DNA from: Candidatus Latescibacterota bacterium
Lineage (GTDB): Bacteria > Latescibacterota > UBA2968 > GCA-2709665
DNA: 64,000 nt
Assembly (NCBI GenBank): GCA_965219995.1
Contig: CBDCOX010000002.1
Span: 1,760,001 to 1,824,000 of the forward strand
Direction of reading: 5' to 3'
A program made the translations under genes and the position numbers. Below, in pieces: positions 46,211-56,428 of the stretch. The first letter of the stretch is position 1, and every line of letters starts with the position of its first letter. The notes beneath the pieces are model-generated. The model saw only the letters and a list, made by a program, of their open reading frames with translations, ran no database searches and was not told where the DNA came from.

Positions 46211-48433
46211 TCAGGGCACGATCCTGAACGAAATGTCCTTCGAGGTGCGTTCATCCGCCAACAGGTCCGTAACGGTCACCCTGACCAGCTGCCCGCCCTC
46301 CTGAGTTTCGGTAAGGTCCAGTTCGACGTAGGCCACTTCGTCAGGCCGGCTGCCGGCCTGATCGTAAGCGATGACGACTTCCTGGTCTTTTTCAGACAGC
46401 CGGAAGACCCTGCCCAGTCCGTGCAGCACCTTCGCCGGAAGCGCTCGTTTCCGTTGCGACCGAAGCGTGTATTCGACCCGATAACGCGTCTGACCGAAAG
46501 CATCCTGCTTCAGGTTGTAGATTTCGAAATAGACAAACGCGTTCTGGTGGCTCCGAAATGCCAGGGACGACATCGGAACGACCTTGAGGCCGTTCTTCAC
46601 ATAATCTCCCGATGGCTCGTCGGTGGGTTCCGTTGCGAAGGCCAGTTCGATATCGCTGATCAGCAGTCCGGTTGGACCGTGATAGTCCTCAAGCATGACC
46701 GCCTGCTGGTAAACCTGCGACTTACCGGAAACGACGTCTCTTACCTGCAGTGCCATATGGTACGTTCCCGGCGGCAGATCCACCGGCATCACACCGGGTA
46801 TGAACGCGCCGTCCGCGACCTGCTGATCTGTGGGAGCCTTGAAGGCCATCTGGTCCACCTCCCGGTGGACTTCGTTCCACAAACTGTCGAAGACGGCCAC
46901 CCCCCGGTCGAGCAGAATCAGATCGGTTTTTTCGTCCACGTTCAACCGAACCACCTCCGATGCAGGCAGTCCGTAATAGACCTCCAGCCGCGTCCTGGAC
47001 TCCGGCCCCTTGAAGTCCGCCGGATAGTAGTAGAAGTCGATCGGCAGATCGGCAAAGTCGGGCACATAGCGCGAAGGACGCCCGGCCACGACATTCTGCA
47101 TGATCACCCCGCCCTGAAAATCGGCCAGGTGGATCCCGATATGGGGCGCCATCCGCAGCGGCAACGGGGCGTAGTCGTATCGTCGGCCCTTGAATTCCTC
47201 CGCGAAGGTGATTTCAATGCCGTCGTCTACCTGTGTATATATCCAATATTCCCATTTGGCGTTCGCTGAAACCGGAAAGATCGGCAGGCCGGGTGAAATG
47301 GCCAGGGCAATACGGGACCGGCTTACGAAGTTCACGCGCGCTTCCTGTACATCCCGGTTCCGTTCGGCCTGAATATCGTCCCACCTGCTGACGTGGTCCG
47401 GGTCCCCCAGACGGATGAAAACCTCGCCCCGCTTGTCCCAGCCGCCATCCGGCTTCGCATAGTGTTCCAGCGCGTAGGCCACCCGCCGATAATGCTCCAG
47501 CAGGCGCTCGTTTTCGGGGGTGAGGGGCGTGGGGTCTCGGCGGTTCCAGAACCGCGCCGCGAGCGCGTCCCTCTCTTCGGGGGACGCGGCCTCGTAACGC
47601 GCAAGATCCTCGTCGGCCGCCACCAGCGAAATGTCCTGAAACCTGCGCCGGTCGGCTTCCGTAAGAAACGAAAAGTAGGCATCGAACAGGGCGCTCGCCC
47701 GTTCGAAGTCCCGGTTCAAGAGGCAAATGACGGCAAGATCGCGATTGGCCGGAATCCGTGCCTCGCCGCCGGTTTTCAACACCCCGGCCAGGGTGTTGAC
47801 CGCCGCCTTGCGATCACCCAGCGAGAGCCACAGACCGGCCAGCCGGATCGCCGCCCGGGGATGCGCCGGGTTTACCTCCATCTCCCGCTGGTAGGCCGAG
47901 ATCGCCTCGTGTCGCTTACCGTCGCTTTCCAGCAGCAGTCCCACCTGAAAATGCGCGTCCGGAAATCCGGCATCGATTTCAATCACTCTCTCAAACGCTT
48001 CCCTCGCCCGGCGCCGCCGGGTTTCCAGGTAGACACTCGCCAGGTTGTACTGCGCCTCGGCCATGTCCGGGTCGGCATTCAGAGCCCTCCTGAAATACGT
48101 CCTGGCGCGCCTGAATCCCTGCTTCGAAGCCATGTACGCCAATCCCAACCCGTTGTACCCGGCTGCCTTCGCGCCCTTCTTTATGGCCTTCCTGAACGCC
48201 TCTTTGGCAGCTTTCAGATTGCCGGCATCCAGGTAGGCCACACCGAGAAGGACGTGATCCCCGGCTGTTGCCGCTCCCGCGTCGATCACCCGCTTCAGGG
48301 CGGCAATGTCAGGTTCCGGACGGCCCCGGTCAACGCCTGCATCCGACGCGGTCCGACTCGAATCCGCCGGCGTCGCTGCCGCCGCCCATGCGGACGCCAC
48401 AATCGAAACAGAAAGGGCGATCATCCATGCCAT
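46211..48433 (-). CDS. TPR + GWxTD-domain exported protein
   Basis: Signal peptide at MAWMIALSV, TPR repeats, and FWNRRDPTPLTPENERLLEHYRRVAYA...WDKRGEVFIRLGDPD. Confidence 0.85.
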   Translation of the reverse strand: MAWMIALSVSIVASAWAAAATPADSSRTASDAGVDRGRPEPDIAALKRVIDAGAATAGDHVLLGVAYLDAGNLKAAKEAFRKAIKKGAKAAGYNGLGLAYMASKQGFRRARTYFRRALNADPDMAEAQYNLASVYLETRRRRAREAFERVIEIDAGFPDAHFQVGLLLESDGKRHEAISAYQREMEVNPAHPRAAIRLAGLWLSLGDRKAAVNTLAGVLKTGGEARIPANRDLAVICLLNRDFERASALFDAYFSFLTEADRRRFQDISLVAADEDLARYEAASPEERDALAARFWNRRDPTPLTPENERLLEHYRRVAYALEHYAKPDGGWDKRGEVFIRLGDPDHVSRWDDIQAERNRDVQEARVNFVSRSRIALAISPGLPIFPVSANAKWEYWIYTQVDDGIEITFAEEFKGRRYDYAPLPLRMAPHIGIHLADFQGGVIMQNVVAGRPSRYVPDFADLPIDFYYYPADFKGPESRTRLEVYYGLPASEVVRLNVDEKTDLILLDRGVAVFDSLWNEVHREVDQMAFKAPTDQQVADGAFIPGVMPVDLPPGTYHMALQVRDVVSGKSQVYQQAVMLEDYHGPTGLLISDIELAFATEPTDEPSGDYVKNGLKVVPMSSLAFRSHQNAFVYFEIYNLKQDAFGQTRYRVEYTLRSQRKRALPAKVLHGLGRVFRLSEKDQEVVIAYDQAGSRPDEVAYVELDLTETQEGGQLVRVTVTDLLADERTSKDISFRIVP

Positions 48434-48516
48434 GGTCGATCTTTCCGGGAAGGTTAGTACTACCGTTTCACTCGGAAAATCTATCGAATATACTCCCTGC
48501 GCGCAAAGGATTTCTA

Positions 48517-48805
48517 GTGTTCTGTCCCGGAAATAAGTTGCCTGAATTCGGCCGCGGGAAAGCAGCAATTCTCTAACGGCGGTGAGACGGGAGAGGTGAG
48601 ACGGGAGATGATGTGAGTGCCTTATGGTTTTGGTTGTCGTTACGACAAAGGTCAGAGAGACTGGCACGGTAAATGCGGAAATACTGCGGCAAGAGTCATC
48701 CTCTACCGTCTCACGTCTAACGTCTTACCGAAGTCAGTAGATCACAACGCAGCGAGACGGGATGAATCGGCGGATGAATGGTGAGGTATTTTTGGGACAG
48801 GACAC
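48517..48805. mobile_element. MITE-like element, family A, copy 2 (with nested family-B element)
   Basis: GTGTTCTGTCCCGGAAATAAGTTGCC...GATGAATCGGCGGATGAATGGTGAGGTATTTTTGGGACAGGACAC; arms match 16326-16510. Confidence 0.75.
48578..48730. mobile_element. Heptamer-ended inverted-repeat element, family B, copy 1
   Basis: ggcggtgagacgggagaggtgagacgggagatga..gagtgcc..ggcacgg..tctaccgtctcacgtctaacgtcttaccg. Confidence 0.65.
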
Positions 48806-48866
48806 GAGGCTTGCCGCACGAGCCGGGAGTCGGGTCGCGGTGACGGGCAATCGGGACGCTTCGGCA

Positions 48867-48895
48867 TTGACAACGCACAGGGGCAGGTTTATCTT
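48867..48895 (+). promoter_or_regulatory. Sigma70 promoter of galU
   Basis: TTGACA-17 nt-TATCTT, ending 31 nt upstream of the ATG. Confidence 0.6.
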
Positions 48896-48926
48896 TCGGC
48901 CGGGTCATTCCTGAGAAGGATCCACT

Positions 48927-49853
48927 ATGCCCATCCGAAAAGTCGTCATCCCGGTCGCCGGACTCGGCACCCGTCTATTGCCCACGACGAGAGCCCTGCC
49001 AAAAGAGATGCTGCCCGTTGGCAAATACCCCGCCATACAGCATGTCGTCGAGGAGATGGCGGCCGCCAATCTGACGAAGTGTCTCTTCATTACCTCTCAC
49101 AGCAAGACGATAATCGAAAACCAGTTCGACAACAACATCGACAACTCCTCGCAGCCGGAACAGAACCACAGTTCGATCGACCCGGGGCAATTCGATTACA
49201 GCCGGCGGGGGATCGAGTTTTTCTATACCCGGCAGCAGGCGCTGCCCCCCACGGCCAGACCTCGCGGCACCGGTGCGGCGATACTCGCTGCTGAGAGTTT
49301 CGTTGAAAAAGAGCATTTCGCGGTTGCCTACGGCGATACGATCATCAATACCAGACATACACCGAATTTTCTGGCACGGATGATCGAATCTCATCTCAGA
49401 CACGGTTCCGCGTGTACCGTGGGCGTCCGTCCCGTCTCGTCCGATATGGTCGGGCATTACGGTATTGTCAAGCCCGATCCTGCAGACGATCTGAACGCGG
49501 ACAGCTTTTCCATCCGAGACCTCGTGGAGAAACCAGACGTGGGCGAAGCGCCAAGCCTGATGGCCGTAAGCGCCCGATATGTCTTCAGCCCCGACATATT
49601 CGATGAAATCCGCGGACTTACCGAGGCCTCCGGCGGCGAGCTCGGCGTTACGGATGCCATTCGCGGCCTGATCAGGCGAGGCCGGCCGGTCAGATGCGTA
49701 CGTCTGCTGCCGGACGAAACGAGGTACGACATCGGAAGCCACGAGAGTTACTACCGGGCGTTTATCGACTTTGCCCTTCAGGATCCCCAATGTGGTGACC
49801 GAATTAGGGAATATCTCGAAGCCTGCGTAAAGCACGGGAGAAAACGTCCCTGA
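48927..49853 (+). CDS. galU: UTP-glucose-1-phosphate uridylyltransferase
   Basis: KVVIPVAGLGTRLLPTTRALPKEMLPV, YGD, LVEKP, RYVF, GELGVTDAI and RYDIG motifs. Confidence 0.85.
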   Translation: MPIRKVVIPVAGLGTRLLPTTRALPKEMLPVGKYPAIQHVVEEMAAANLTKCLFITSHSKTIIENQFDNNIDNSSQPEQNHSSIDPGQFDYSRRGIEFFYTRQQALPPTARPRGTGAAILAAESFVEKEHFAVAYGDTIINTRHTPNFLARMIESHLRHGSACTVGVRPVSSDMVGHYGIVKPDPADDLNADSFSIRDLVEKPDVGEAPSLMAVSARYVFSPDIFDEIRGLTEASGGELGVTDAIRGLIRRGRPVRCVRLLPDETRYDIGSHESYYRAFIDFALQDPQCGDRIREYLEACVKHGRKRP

Positions 49854-49891
49854 TCCGACGGCAAGCCGGCGATGAAGTCCCGCGCCCGGGC

Positions 49892-49929
49892 AAAAAAAGC
49901 CCTTCGGAGCACAGAGATCCGAAGGGCTT
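49892..49929 (-). terminator. Intrinsic terminator
   Basis: AAGCCCTTCGGA-loop-TCCGAAGGGCTT with an A7 tract on the left (U-tract on the minus strand). Confidence 0.75.
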
Positions 49930-50042
49930 AACCAATCGCAGGACTGGATATTTATGGCGTCCGGAACGGATTCACACAACCGCCCGGGGGCACGGGTTCC
50001 GATCCCTCTTCCCGCACGTCCTCCTCTCCCCGAAATCCCTAT

Positions 50043-50498
50043 TCAACGCCTGTCGTCATCGTCAGTGACGAGTTTCTCGCCGTCGAATATCAACTTGCCC
50101 TTTTCGTAGATGCAGCCGGTCTCCTCCACCAGTTCGTATTTCATCAGCTGTCCGAGAGACATGTGGTTGAAGACCTCTTTCGGGTCTTTGTATTTTTCAA
50201 TCAGTTTTTCGATTGGACCTTCGAATTGGATGGCTCTGCGAACGGGCCGTTCTTTTTCGCGACGTTCCCGCTCCTCCCTGGTGAGAATAGGTAGCCGCTC
50301 GGCCGCCGGGCCGAGCCTGCTGGTATACTCCTGCCGTTGGCGAAACCGGTCGTGCCGCTTTTCGAGTTCCGACTTGTCCCCCACGTTGTCGTAATATTCC
50401 GAAACCTCGTCGGCCTTTTCCCTGAACCGCTTCTGTTCCTGATCTTTCAGTTCGTCGTTTCCCATTTTCCTCATAATATCCTTAACCGACTTGCTCAT
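50043..50498 (-). CDS. Hypothetical highly charged protein
   Basis: 151-aa ORF with GGAGG RBS, its own promoter and downstream terminator; no recognisable motif. Confidence 0.65.
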   Translation of the reverse strand: MSKSVKDIMRKMGNDELKDQEQKRFREKADEVSEYYDNVGDKSELEKRHDRFRQRQEYTSRLGPAAERLPILTREERERREKERPVRRAIQFEGPIEKLIEKYKDPKEVFNHMSLGQLMKYELVEETGCIYEKGKLIFDGEKLVTDDDDRR

Positions 50499-50588
50499 TC
50501 AAACGCCTCCAGATCGTTGGGATGCCCGATCCCGCAAACGCGTTAGTTGCGGCGCGACAGGCCGTTGCAATGCAAATCCACAACAAAA

Positions 50589-50689
50589 AACATACATCGC
50601 CACCTGGGTTTTGTCAACGGCAAAATTGGCGATGCGATCCACCCGCAATCCCGAAAAACGTTGACTCCCGCATGCTCCCGGCGTAGTTT
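50589..50689. promoter_or_regulatory. Divergent sigma70 promoters
   Basis: Minus strand: TTGACA(50617)-17-TATGTT. Plus strand: TTGACT(50661)-17-TAGTTT, upstream of mazG. Confidence 0.55.
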
Positions 50690-50795
50690 GTCGTTTTGAG
50701 CCGACCCGTCCCGACGCCGCAGGCCGATTTGTCGGGATTCGCGAACTCCAGCTTCCCGCGCGCCGTCCCTCCGCCGCCTCTTCGAGGACGCCAGG

Positions 50796-51602
50796 ATGTC
50801 CGAAATCGATCGCCTCGTCGATATTATGGAACGGCTCCGCGGCCCGGACGGTTGCCCCTGGGACCGTGAGCAGACGCACCAGAGCCTGAAGCCCTACTTG
50901 ATCGAAGAGGCCTACGAAGCCCTGGATGCCATCGACAGGGAAGACGACGAAGGTCTGAGGGACGAACTTGGCGACGTCCTCCTCCAAATCGTCTTCCACG
51001 CGCAACTGGCCCGGGAGAACGCCAGGTTCACGCTGGACGACGTGGCAGCGGCCACGACTGAGAAGCTCATTCGCAGACACCCGCATGTCTTCGGGAACGC
51101 CACCGCGAACACACCGGGACAGGTCGTCGAAAACTGGGAAGCCATCAAGTCGAGGGAAAAGCGGGGAAAGGGACTGAATCCTTCCATCCTCGGCGGCATA
51201 CCCCGGCAACTTCCCGCACTGCTCAGAGCACGGCGGATCCAGGAGCGGGCGGCCCGCTCCGGCTTCGACTGGACAAATACCGACGAGGTCGTCGACAAAG
51301 TGCGCGAGGAAGTGGATGAATTCCTCGAAGCGTGGCGAGGCGCCGACCGGCAGGGCGTGGAAGAAGAGATCGGCGACCTGCTTTTCTCTCTGGTCAACCT
51401 CGCCAGGTTCCTGAAGGTCTGTCCCGAAGACGCGCTTCGGAAGACGATCGGGAAATTCGAAAGTCGTTTTCGCTATATAGAACGAGAACTCGGCAAACAG
51501 GGCAAGGACCCGCAGGGCGCCAGCCTGGAAGAAATGGACAGGTTATGGGAAGCATCCAAGAAAACGGCGTCGAACGAAACCGCGGCCAATTCGGAACCAT
51601 GA
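50796..51602 (+). CDS. mazG: Nucleoside triphosphate pyrophosphohydrolase MazG
   Basis: GCPWDREQT, EEAYE, DELGDVLLQIVFHA, KLIRRHPHVF, GFDW and EEIGDLLF motifs. Confidence 0.95.
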   Translation: MSEIDRLVDIMERLRGPDGCPWDREQTHQSLKPYLIEEAYEALDAIDREDDEGLRDELGDVLLQIVFHAQLARENARFTLDDVAAATTEKLIRRHPHVFGNATANTPGQVVENWEAIKSREKRGKGLNPSILGGIPRQLPALLRARRIQERAARSGFDWTNTDEVVDKVREEVDEFLEAWRGADRQGVEEEIGDLLFSLVNLARFLKVCPEDALRKTIGKFESRFRYIERELGKQGKDPQGASLEEMDRLWEASKKTASNETAANSEP

Positions 51603-51609
51603 CCCGTCC

Positions 51610-52599
51610 TTACGGATTCCGACCGGTCTCAACCCCCGCCACGCGTTCATACACCTGCACCGCGGCCATCAGATCCTGAATCGCCATTCCCGTGAAATAG
51701 GCAATCGCACCCCCGCCGCGACGGTCTTCCAGGCGGCCCAGCGCCGCGTCTCCAATCGTCCGGGGGCGTCCCGCACCGTCCGCGGCGAACCGGTCCCCGC
51801 CCAATCCGGCCAGCAGGAAGTCTCCCGATTTCAGGACCTGCTCCGGGTGATCCGCAACCACCTCCCGGCTGCGCAACAGCCCGGCGTCCAGTTGAGCCGT
51901 CCTCGGATCGCCCGCAATGACGGACAGATGTACCCTGTCTGCAACGTCTCTCCGCCCCAGAATCGGCCGGGGCGTGGGAACCGCCGTCAGAACGGCGTCT
52001 GCGCCGCTCAGGCAGTCGCTGATCCCGTTCGCGGCCCGCACGGTTGCATTCACCCCGGGTTGCAGGGAGGCGACAAACGCCTCGACGTTGGCGGGACTTC
52101 TGCTGGTCGCCCTGATTTCCCGCGGCTCAAGGGCGGCGTCGGCGCACAGGGCAAGCGCCCGGGCAATGCGACCGGTGCCTACAATCGCCAGCACCTCTGC
52201 GCTGGCGGCAAGATAGCGGACGCCCAGCGCGCCCGCAGCGCCCGTCCGCATATTGGTCAGATATTCCGCATCCAGTACGGCGCCCCGGCCCGTCGCGGCT
52301 TCTTCCAGTTCGATCACGGCGGTGCGCCCCGCAAGCCTCCCTGAAGACACGTCCGACCGCTCCACAATCACCTTCCTCGCGCGGTACCGCCCCGGCCACT
52401 CCGCGGGCATCTCCAGGCGAAACAGATCCGCGCCTTCCGTCCTTCGCACGTCTTCCCGTCGCGGCGGATTCAGCACCTCTCCCGACCCGTAGAGACGAAA
52501 CGCCCGGTCGCAGCTCTCGACAACGTCCTCAACGGACAGAATACCCGCTATTTCGGCATCTGAAATCTCCAATTTTTCTTCCAAGAGTCCGCCCTCCAT
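51610..52599 (-). CDS. Ornithine cyclodeaminase/mu-crystallin family protein
   Basis: LTNMRTGAAGALG, IVGTGRIA and FTGMAIQD motifs. Confidence 0.85.
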   Translation of the reverse strand: MEGGLLEEKLEISDAEIAGILSVEDVVESCDRAFRLYGSGEVLNPPRREDVRRTEGADLFRLEMPAEWPGRYRARKVIVERSDVSSGRLAGRTAVIELEEAATGRGAVLDAEYLTNMRTGAAGALGVRYLAASAEVLAIVGTGRIARALALCADAALEPREIRATSRSPANVEAFVASLQPGVNATVRAANGISDCLSGADAVLTAVPTPRPILGRRDVADRVHLSVIAGDPRTAQLDAGLLRSREVVADHPEQVLKSGDFLLAGLGGDRFAADGAGRPRTIGDAALGRLEDRRGGGAIAYFTGMAIQDLMAAVQVYERVAGVETGRNP

Positions 52600-52800
52600 T
52601 GTGTGTGCCGGTATAGGGAACCCGTGCCCATTAACGTACGCGACCAGCGGCCATTAATGAAGCAAAAAAGTCGCCCAAGCCGCGAGATCCCGATCCGCTT
52701 CAAGCGCGGAAATTCGACTTGACGGGCTCTTACTCAGGCACAATATTGAAGATCCGTTTCCACGACATTCGACCCTCAAGGACCCGAAGCGAGGCATCTC

Positions 52801-53967
52801 ATGAAAATCACGGACGTCGAAACCTTCATTGCCGGCAACCCCTGGAAGAACTGGCTCTTTACCCGAGTACACACGGACGAGGGTGTTTACGGCGTCGGCG
52901 AGGGCACGGTCAACTTCATGGCCCGAACCGTCGAATCCGCCATTCACGAACTCAGACCGCAGTGGGAGGGTCAGGATCCGTTCCAGCCCGAACGGATTCT
53001 TCAGCGGATGTTCCGGGACGTGTACACCGACGGCGGCCAGATCCATAAACACGCGGCGGCGGCCATCGAAGTCGCATGCTGGGACATCATGGGCAAGTGC
53101 CTGAACAAACCCGTCTATCAACTGCTTGGCGGTCAGATGCGCGACAGGATCAGGGCCTACGCGAACGGCTGGTATCGCGGCCCACGGACGCCGGAGAATT
53201 TTCACGAGAAGGCGCAGGACGTGGTTCGCCGTGGGTATACGGCACTTAAGTTCGACCCGTTCGGGTCCGCCTACCAGATTACGGATCTGGATGACGAGGC
53301 GCTGGCCGTCGACATCATCGCGGCGGTGCGCGACGCCGTGGGACCCGGCGTGGACGTTCTCGTGGAAGGGCATTGCCGTTTCAGCACGTCCACCGCCCTC
53401 AAATTCGCCCGCAAGATGGAGCCGTACAATCCCACCTGGTTTGAGGAACCGACGCCTCACCACAAGATCGACGCCCTGACCCAGGTTGCGAGAGAATCGC
53501 CGGTACCCATCGCCACTGGGGAAAGCCTGCATACGAAATACCAATTCGCCGAACTGCTGAAACACGACGTCGTACACATCCTGCAGCCGGAACCACTGGC
53601 CTGCGGCGGTCTGTGGTCAACCCGCATGATATGCGATATGGTCGACGCGCACTACGGCGTGGTTGCGCCGCACGACGCGCAGGGCCCGGTCTGTACCGCC
53701 ATCTGCCTCCAACTGGCAGCCTGTACCCCCAATCATTTCATACAGGAGACCTTCGACGAATTCAACGTGGCGTGGGAACGAGACCTGGTTACGGGCGAAA
53801 GCTACGACGTCGTCGACGGCTGGTTCAGCGTGCCAACCGCACCCGGCCTGGGCATCGATCTCAACGTCGATGAGATTCGCAAACATCCCTATTCCGTGAA
53901 CAACCATCTGCCGCTCTTCAGGGACGGCTGGGAACGCCGTGTTTCCCAGGAGGAAGTGACGTCATGA
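52801..53967 (+). CDS. Mandelate racemase/MLE family acid-sugar dehydratase (galactonate dehydratase-like)
   Basis: TDEGVYGVGE, PVYQLLGG..RDRIRAYANGW, KFDPF, EGHCRF, WFEEP, ATGE, APHDAQGP and PGLGI motifs. Confidence 0.9.
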   Translation: MKITDVETFIAGNPWKNWLFTRVHTDEGVYGVGEGTVNFMARTVESAIHELRPQWEGQDPFQPERILQRMFRDVYTDGGQIHKHAAAAIEVACWDIMGKCLNKPVYQLLGGQMRDRIRAYANGWYRGPRTPENFHEKAQDVVRRGYTALKFDPFGSAYQITDLDDEALAVDIIAAVRDAVGPGVDVLVEGHCRFSTSTALKFARKMEPYNPTWFEEPTPHHKIDALTQVARESPVPIATGESLHTKYQFAELLKHDVVHILQPEPLACGGLWSTRMICDMVDAHYGVVAPHDAQGPVCTAICLQLAACTPNHFIQETFDEFNVAWERDLVTGESYDVVDGWFSVPTAPGLGIDLNVDEIRKHPYSVNNHLPLFRDGWERRVSQEEVTS

Positions 53968-55334
53968 ACGTCGTCTTCATCGTACTCGACAGCTTCCGTC
54001 AGGATCACGTAAGCCTGTATCATCGCGGCGTTGCGCCTTTTTCAGGCGTCGACGCCTGCAACACGCCCAATATCGACGAATTCGCGCGGGAATCGGTGGT
54101 GTTCGAAAACGCGTATCCGGAAGCCCTGCCCACCATTCCGATTCGCTGCCAGCTGATGACCGGGCAGCGCACGCTGCACAACCGCGGCTGGCAACCACTC
54201 ACCCCGGAAGACGTGCACGTCGCCCAGATCCTCTCCGGGGAGGACTACGTCTGCGGCCTCGTCACGGATACGTACCACTATCGCGCACCCGGGATGAATT
54301 ACCACCGGAACTTCGCCTCGTACGACTGGATCCGTGGCCAGGAATACGATCCCTGGATCTCAGCGCCGACCCGTCGCAATATCGAGGACTACGTCAATGG
54401 AAACTACCCCGATACCTGGCGCCGGCGCATCTCGCAGTTCCTGGCCAATACCGACGGCTTCCACTCGGCCGAAGACGAATTTGCGTGGAAAGTGGTCGAC
54501 AGCGCCGTCGACTGGCTCGACGCCAACCGGTCGCACGGGAACGTGATGCTCTGGGTGGATTCGTTCGACCCCCACGAACCCTGGAATCCGGTGCCGGAAT
54601 TCGACACCTACACCGATCCCGCCTATCGGGGGCCCCGGCTCATTATGCCTATGGGCGGACCATCCGAAGACTGGGCATCTTCCGACGAGATCTCCCAGAT
54701 ACAGGGTCTCTACGCGGGCGAATGCGCCTTTGTGGACCACTGCCTCGGGCGGCTCTTCGAGGCCCTGAGAAACCTTGGATATTACGACGACAGCGTCATA
54801 TTTCTGCTGGCCGACCACGGACATCCTTTGAACGACCACGGGAAGTTCCTGAAGGGCGCGGACCGGATGTACAGCGAATTGCTCAAGGTCCCGTTCATGG
54901 TCAGATTGCCGGGAGGGAGACACGGGGGTCGACGGACGCCCGCGATCGTACAGTACCAGGACGTGCTGCCCACCCTCCTCGACGCGCTCGGCCTGCACGG
55001 CAACAACGACGCGATGGCGGGCCGCAGCTTCATGCCCGTGCTCACCGGAGACGCGGACGAACACCGGCGGGCGATGATCACCGGTTACCACGGCGGAATC
55101 GACCGCTGCACCCGCGACGAGACCTGGAGTTATATCCAGCGCCCTGCGGGCGAACCCGACGAACTGTACCATCTTCCGGACGACCCGAAGGAAGAAGACA
55201 ACCTCATCGACGATCATCCCAACGAGGCTCTGCGCCTGGCGGGCGCGTTCGGAAAGGCGTTCAAGCGCACGTCCTCGAACGTGGTCAAAGGGGTACAGGG
55301 GGAATATGAGATGGCCTCGTCGAGCATCGAATGA
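53964..55334 (+). CDS. Sulfatase-fold hydrolase with Thr at the FGly position
   Basis: IVLDSFRQDH, TPNID, LPTIPIRCQLMTG, FDPHEPW, ADHG and ELYHL..DPKE motifs. Confidence 0.88.
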   Translation: MNVVFIVLDSFRQDHVSLYHRGVAPFSGVDACNTPNIDEFARESVVFENAYPEALPTIPIRCQLMTGQRTLHNRGWQPLTPEDVHVAQILSGEDYVCGLVTDTYHYRAPGMNYHRNFASYDWIRGQEYDPWISAPTRRNIEDYVNGNYPDTWRRRISQFLANTDGFHSAEDEFAWKVVDSAVDWLDANRSHGNVMLWVDSFDPHEPWNPVPEFDTYTDPAYRGPRLIMPMGGPSEDWASSDEISQIQGLYAGECAFVDHCLGRLFEALRNLGYYDDSVIFLLADHGHPLNDHGKFLKGADRMYSELLKVPFMVRLPGGRHGGRRTPAIVQYQDVLPTLLDALGLHGNNDAMAGRSFMPVLTGDADEHRRAMITGYHGGIDRCTRDETWSYIQRPAGEPDELYHLPDDPKEEDNLIDDHPNEALRLAGAFGKAFKRTSSNVVKGVQGEYEMASSSIE

Positions 55335-55449
55335 AGCGAGACCCCGGAGTCCATGCCCGAGCCGGTGACCTGATGTCGCCGAAATGTCCCCAAAGGCGCC
55401 GCGCCCGAGGTCACCGGTCGATTTTTTCACGACAGATAAAGGAGACCCC

Positions 55450-56190
55450 GTGAAGAATCCCGTGAAAGCGAAACTCATGAGGGGCGAGTTGTCTCTCGGC
55501 GGTTGGCTGAATCTGGGTTCCCCGCTGGCCGCGGAACTCATGGCCGCCGCCGGTTACGAGTGGCTGGCTATTGACGCGGAACACTCGCCGTTTGACATCC
55601 CCCTGATCGCGGATACGTTCCGGGCCGTCGAAGCCCGGGGCGCCGTGCCCTTCGTCCGCGCCTGGGACCACGATCCCGTATCCCTTGCCCGCATCCTGGA
55701 CGCCGGCGCCTACGGCATCATCGTGCCCCACGTCAGCACGCCCCGCCAGGCGGAAGCACTGGTGCAGGCCATGCGCTATCCGCCGGAGGGCGCCCGCTCC
55801 GCCGGTACGGGCAGGGTGGCGGTCTATGGCGACGAATATCGACGGAACGCCAACGATGCGGTGATGATCGTACCCCAGATTGAAGATATGGAGGGAATCA
55901 ACAACACGGAAGCCATCATGTGCGTGGAGGGCATCGACGCGGGTTTCCTCGGACCCGGCGACCTTGCCCTTTCCATGGGCGTGAATCGAGGCCACCCGGA
56001 CCACGAGAAGGCCATCCAGACGTTCGCGTCGGGATGCAGGAACGCCGGCAAACCCTATGGGATGCCCGAGCGCGACCTGGACATCGTCAGGAAACGCATA
56101 CGGGAGGGGTTCACGTTCATGGACGTCGCCAGCGACCTGCGAACCCTCGAAGCCGGCGTGCATCAGGCGCTGGCCGAACTCAGGAGATGA
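55450..56190 (+). CDS. HpcH/HpaI family class II aldolase
   Basis: IDAEHSP, RILDAGAYGIIVPHV, RYPPEGARS, QIED and FLGPGDLA motifs; GTG 55450 follows AAAGGAG. Confidence 0.9.
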   Translation: MKNPVKAKLMRGELSLGGWLNLGSPLAAELMAAAGYEWLAIDAEHSPFDIPLIADTFRAVEARGAVPFVRAWDHDPVSLARILDAGAYGIIVPHVSTPRQAEALVQAMRYPPEGARSAGTGRVAVYGDEYRRNANDAVMIVPQIEDMEGINNTEAIMCVEGIDAGFLGPGDLALSMGVNRGHPDHEKAIQTFASGCRNAGKPYGMPERDLDIVRKRIREGFTFMDVASDLRTLEAGVHQALAELRR

Positions 56191-56207
56191 CAGCTCCGAG
56201 GGCGGCG

Positions 56208-56428
56208 GCTTGAAGCAAGAACGAAAATCATCATTAAAGGTCAAATTCAACGTCCACATCTCCCCAAATCCCCTAAAGGCGGGGAGACGTGAGACGTGAG
56301 ATGACATGAGTGCCCTACGGTTTTTCTCGTCGTTACCATATTCGGTAAAGAAACAGGCACGGTTAGCGTGAAAACACCGTGGTGACGTTATCATCTACCG
56401 TCTACCGTCTCACGTCTCACCGGTTTTA
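56208..56428. mobile_element. Family-B element copy 2 with shared upstream block
   Basis: gcttgaagcaagaacgaaaatca..ccaaatcccctaaaggcggggagacgtgagacgtgagatgac..tcatctaccgtctaccgtctcacgtctcaccggtttta. Confidence 0.65.

Noticed and set aside
48434-48667. N-terminal extension of the GWxTD ORF to 48667
   Set aside because: The extension lies in MITE sequence; the signal peptide begins at ATG 48433.
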